Source of the DNA: Bdellovibrionota bacterium FG-1
Lineage (GTDB): Bacteria; Bdellovibrionota; UBA1018
DNA length: 64,000 nt
Assembly (NCBI GenBank): GCA_051382295.1
Contig: JBBCAW010000033.1
Coordinates: 1 to 64,000 of the forward strand
Direction of reading: 5' to 3'
The notes under the pieces: generated by a model
Seen by the model: the letters and a program-made list of their open reading frames with translations, nothing else
Database searches by the model: none
What the model was told of the DNA's origin: nothing
Shown here: one piece after another, positions 60,158 through 64,000 of the stretch
Layout of the letters: every line of letters begins with the position of its first letter
Numbering within the stretch: the stretch's first letter is position 1
Position numbers and translations under genes: made by a program

Positions 60158-62254
60158 TCACTGTTTCCGTTTCACGTCACCACGAGCAAAAATGCTCGCC
60201 ACGAAATTGAGCACATCAGTCGAGCAAATCTCGCAATAACCGTGATTTTTAATCAGACGGGCCTTGACCACGTCAATCTTCTCTTGAGTCGTCCGATCCA
60301 CCACATTGCTCACCAAAGAAGTGAGCTTAATCGTGTCCTTCTGATCCTCAAAAAGCTTGAGTTCCAAGGCCTTATGAAGTCGCTCATTGGTCTTATAATC
60401 AAAGGTACGTCCCTCAATCGCGAGCGCCCCAATGTAATTCATGATTTCTCGCCTGAAATCATCTTTACGACTTTCAGGGATATCGATTTTGTCTTCGATC
60501 GAGCGCATGAGCCTTTCATCCGGCTCCTCGTCCATACCCGTGTACTTGTTTTTCACGCGTTCCCGCTGGGTATAGGCTTTGATATTGTCGATGTAGTTGG
60601 AGCACAGCTTAGAAATCGCGTCTTCATCCGCCGAAATCGCGCGCTGCACCTCATTCTTGACGATATCTTCGTACTCCTGTTTGACTATGGCCAAAAGCTC
60701 GCGGTACTCCCGCCGCCGCTCATCGCTCCCGATCAAGGCATGGTGCTTGAGGCCCCCATCCAGTTCATTAAGTACCATAAAGGGATTCACGCATCCCGCC
60801 TCACCGCTCTTATCGTTGACCAGGGCATTAGAAATCTTATCCTGCACATAACGAGGGGAGATGCCTTCAAGCCCTTCACGGACGGTTTCTTTGCGAAGCT
60901 CCTTCACATTATCCTCGGTATATCCTGTGAGGGTCTTTCCATCGTAAAGCTTGAGCTTTTGCAAAAGCGAAAGATTGGCTTTTTTGGGCTGTTCCAAACG
61001 AGTGAGAATCGCCCACATCGCCGCAACTTCTACCGTATGAGGAGCAATGTGCTTGCCCTTGATGCGGTGCGAGTTGAAGTCCTTTTCGTAGATCTTGATC
61101 TCTTCCTTGAGTTTGGTGATGTACGGAACATCGATCTTAACCGTACGATCGCGCAAAGCTTCCATAAACTCGTTGTTTTGGAGCTTCTTAAACTCGGGTT
61201 CATTGGTGTGGCCGATAATGACTTCATCGATATCGGTCTGCGCAAACTTTTTGGGTTTAATCTTATGCTCTTGGGAGGCTGTCAACAAGTCGTATAAGAA
61301 CGCGACGTCCAACTTAAGCACTTCGATAAACTCGACAATCCCCCGATTAGCCACGTTAAATTCGCCATCAAAATTAAACGCCCGCGGATCAGAGTCCGAC
61401 CCATACTCGGCGATCTTCCGATAATTGATATCGCCGGTCAGTTCCGTAGAATCTTGATTTTTTTCGTCTTTGGGCTGAAACGTGCCGATCCCGATGCGGT
61501 CTTTTTCTGAAAGCAAGAAACGATCAACACGGATATGTTCGAGCACCTTGGTCCAATCGCCCTTATAATGTCGCAAAAATTCTCGATAAATAAAGCGACT
61601 CGCGGGATCAAGGTCCCCCGTAATATTGACCTTATAAGGAGACTTATTGCCACGATTGAGCTCTTCGATCAATTTCGCGCGCAATTCATCCGGCACGAGC
61701 TTGAGCGGATCTTCGTGCATCGGGCTGACCATTTCGCGTTGGTTGCCCAAAATAGTGCCAAACTCACCCTTGGGATCGACCCATTTAAAGGTATACATGG
61801 CGCCATCTTCGGTGCGCGAATACTGCTCAATCCCTTTTTTGAGCAAACGCGCCAAAGTCGATTTGGCCGAACCCACCGGACCATGCAACAGCAATACACG
61901 TTTTTCAGTACCGTAGCCCAAGGCCGCCGACTTGAAAAAATGCACCAGCTTCATACAAGGTACATCTAAACCGAACACGGCATCCCTGCCATGATCGATG
62001 GGATCTTCAAAAAATTTGTAGCGAATAATATTTTTTTTATACTCGAGATACGAGGTCGAGCCCCAGCTGGTGATCATGTCATACATGCGCTGAAACGCAT
62101 TGCGCGCGACCCCTGGATTCTTTTTTACGATCTCGAGATAGTCGTAAAATGAGCCATTCCAATGCAGATTTCGGAACTCATCTACTGTTTTTGAATTGCC
62201 TAAAATCTTTGACCAGTCGGTCGATGCCCCGTTCTGATTGATGTTTTGGCCCAT
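60158..62254 (-). CDS. prkA: PrkA/YeaG-family AAA+ serine protein kinase
   Basis: [51 protein letters not shown]. Confidence 0.93.
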   Translation of the reverse strand: MGQNINQNGASTDWSKILGNSKTVDEFRNLHWNGSFYDYLEIVKKNPGVARNAFQRMYDMITSWGSTSYLEYKKNIIRYKFFEDPIDHGRDAVFGLDVPCMKLVHFFKSAALGYGTEKRVLLLHGPVGSAKSTLARLLKKGIEQYSRTEDGAMYTFKWVDPKGEFGTILGNQREMVSPMHEDPLKLVPDELRAKLIEELNRGNKSPYKVNITGDLDPASRFIYREFLRHYKGDWTKVLEHIRVDRFLLSEKDRIGIGTFQPKDEKNQDSTELTGDINYRKIAEYGSDSDPRAFNFDGEFNVANRGIVEFIEVLKLDVAFLYDLLTASQEHKIKPKKFAQTDIDEVIIGHTNEPEFKKLQNNEFMEALRDRTVKIDVPYITKLKEEIKIYEKDFNSHRIKGKHIAPHTVEVAAMWAILTRLEQPKKANLSLLQKLKLYDGKTLTGYTEDNVKELRKETVREGLEGISPRYVQDKISNALVNDKSGEAGCVNPFMVLNELDGGLKHHALIGSDERRREYRELLAIVKQEYEDIVKNEVQRAISADEDAISKLCSNYIDNIKAYTQRERVKNKYTGMDEEPDERLMRSIEDKIDIPESRKDDFRREIMNYIGALAIEGRTFDYKTNERLHKALELKLFEDQKDTIKLTSLVSNVVDRTTQEKIDVVKARLIKNHGYCEICSTDVLNFVASIFARGDVKRKQ

Positions 62255-62495
62255 CTGTATCCGCCTTCCTTAGTCGTCTTATAAATCAGGTGAGTCGGGT
62301 GTTTTTTGAGCAGCATCCGGCCGCCTCCACCCTCTTGTTGAAATCATCTCATTAAAGCCCAAATAGAATCAATGACTTGCTCGATAAAATTTTAACTTTA
62401 CAGTTCTAGAGTGGTAAAGTTAGGCTCACCCTAGAATAGTGGCTCTAACATTTTGTTTTGAGTAGGTTTTTTCAATCCCCCCCAAAGGCACCCCT

Positions 62496-63842
62496 ATGAC
62501 TCTTCCAAAAAACCCTGCCCTTCAATACGCAATTCAGAGCTTAGAGCATTTAGGTCCGGATCAGTTTGAGCTTTATTTTGAACATCGACAGTCGACCAAG
62601 ATCGATGTCAAAGAGGGCCAAGTGGATTCACTTTCTCGATCCGAGGATGTGGGCTTGGCCGTTCGCCTGATCAAAAACCACCGTGTCGGCTTTAGTTTTA
62701 CGACTTCACTCGAAAAAAATGCGATCGAAAAGGCCGTAAAAACAGCCTTTGAAGTTACCGCCCATATGCCCGAAGACCCCCATGTGGGGTTCTTCTCCTT
62801 TGCCCCTCAAACGACCTATCCATCGATTGACGCCTATGACACCCGAGGCTTAGCTACCCCGGTTTCACAAAAAGTGGCGCTCGCTAAAGAGCTTGAAGCC
62901 CATTGCCGCAAAGCAGACGCCCGGATCAAGGGCATCCGAGCAGCCGCCCTGTCTGAAACCCAGCTTGAAGTTCAGATGATCGACTCTCGGCAAAATTTTC
63001 TTTCCTTTGCGAATACGCTGTATTCTGCCAGCATCACGGCCAAAGCCGAGCAAAACGGCGACAGTCAAATGGGTGGCGATTTTGGTTTCAGCCATACGCT
63101 GGACGCACTGGACATCCACGGTATTGCTCAAAGAGCGGCGGTATTTACTACCGAACTCTTAGGTTCCCAAGCCGCGCCCACGCTGCATTGTCCGGCTATT
63201 CTACGGAATAGCGTTGTCGCCGAACTCATCGAATTTGTGTCGTCCAGTTTTTCGGCCGAAGAAATCGACAAAGGTCGAAGCATGCTCGCCGGCCGAATGG
63301 GTGAACCCCTTTTCTCTGACTGCGTGACGCTCATTGACGACGGACGGCTCCCCGGGGGCTACGCCACGTCACCCTTTGACGGCGAAGGCGTGCCCTCGAC
63401 AAAAACAACCCTGATCGACAAGGGAAAACTCAGCGGCGCCCTGTATGATACTTACCATGCCCGAAAACTGGGAGTCCAACCTACCGGCAGCGCTTCGCGT
63501 GGAATTAAATCGCCGCCCTCCATTTCGTTTTCCAACCTCTATATGGAACCGGGACCCAACCTCCCTGAACACCTCATTGGAGAAATTGAACGCGGAATCC
63601 TGATTACCGACCTCATGGGTTTGCATACCGCCAATCCTGTGACGGGAGATTTTTCGTTGGGAGCCTCGGGGTTTTTAATTGAGGGCGGAAAATTGACCCG
63701 TCCCGTGCGAGGTTTTGCCGTTGCTGGCAATGTGTTGGAACTTTTTAAGAAAATGACGGATATTAGTAATGATCTCCGCTTTTTTGGAAACGTGGGCGCA
63801 CCCTCGGTGCGCATCTGCGAAATATCCGTGGGTGGAGCCTAA
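62496..63842 (+). CDS. pmbA: TldE/PmbA-family protein
   Basis: GLAVRLI..RVGFS, PFDGEG, TGSASR, NPVTGDFSLGASG; no HExxxH, so the non-catalytic PmbA type. Confidence 0.85.
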   Translation: MTLPKNPALQYAIQSLEHLGPDQFELYFEHRQSTKIDVKEGQVDSLSRSEDVGLAVRLIKNHRVGFSFTTSLEKNAIEKAVKTAFEVTAHMPEDPHVGFFSFAPQTTYPSIDAYDTRGLATPVSQKVALAKELEAHCRKADARIKGIRAAALSETQLEVQMIDSRQNFLSFANTLYSASITAKAEQNGDSQMGGDFGFSHTLDALDIHGIAQRAAVFTTELLGSQAAPTLHCPAILRNSVVAELIEFVSSSFSAEEIDKGRSMLAGRMGEPLFSDCVTLIDDGRLPGGYATSPFDGEGVPSTKTTLIDKGKLSGALYDTYHARKLGVQPTGSASRGIKSPPSISFSNLYMEPGPNLPEHLIGEIERGILITDLMGLHTANPVTGDFSLGASGFLIEGGKLTRPVRGFAVAGNVLELFKKMTDISNDLRFFGNVGAPSVRICEISVGGA

Positions 63843-63875
63843 TCATCGCCAGTGGGGCATGGGGAACTTCCTGAA

Positions 63876-64000
63876 ATGAACTTAAATGTCGGTTGCGCCA
63901 CCGACGTCGGCCGCAAACGGTCACAAAATCAAGATCACGTCGCCGCACTTCCTGACCTCGGGCTCTTTATTGTGGCTGATGGAATGGGCGGTCATCGGGG
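63876..64000 (+). CDS. PP2C-family Ser/Thr phosphatase, 3' partial
   Basis: My translation: [20 protein letters not shown]...[12 protein letters not shown]. Confidence 0.88.
   Translation, partial: MNLNVGCATDVGRKRSQNQDHVAALPDLGLFIVADGMGGHR

Noticed and set aside
59771..61297. 508-aa ORF on the + strand
   Set aside because: Antisense shadow of the well-supported prkA and yeaH genes; no recognisable motifs
62496..63842. PmbA as maturation protease for the YcaO peptide (TldD/E processes microcin B17)
   Set aside because: About 47 kb away, non-catalytic subunit only, in a housekeeping context; no evidence of a link

Overview
Bacterial chromosomal window, about 45 genes. The gene content (secreted proteases, Cys-rich lipoproteins, RAYT, CHASE2 cyclase, PrkA/SpoVR) suggests a Bdellovibrionota/Oligoflexia-like organism; this is inference only. 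Housekeeping blocks: a pentose ABC uptake/catabolism operon ending in a divergent metF, lipB, tRNA-Leu(TAA), tRNA-Val(GAC), comM/comEC, a motAB pair, a pantothenate/CoA operon, class II ribonucleotide reductase with NrdR boxes, prkA-yeaH-spoVR, pmbA and a partial PP2C. The best candidate for an undescribed system is an AT-richer cassette at about 10.5-15.2 kb. It holds a hybrid sensor kinase, divergently transcribed from a 46-aa signal-peptide-bearing peptide that the ORF track missed (12539-12679), followed by an orphan family-5 peptide-binding lipoprotein and a stand-alone YcaO-like enzyme. It may be a modified-peptide (RiPP) signalling circuit. Other oddities: a MotB lacking the essential Asp, an apparently inactive subtilase paired with a related secreted protein, a 10-kb operon of four Cys-rich lipoproteins (two paralog pairs, one with 12 Kelch motifs), a dispersed REP-like palindrome and heptamer-repeat hairpins. 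All family calls come from motif recognition by eye; no database search was run.
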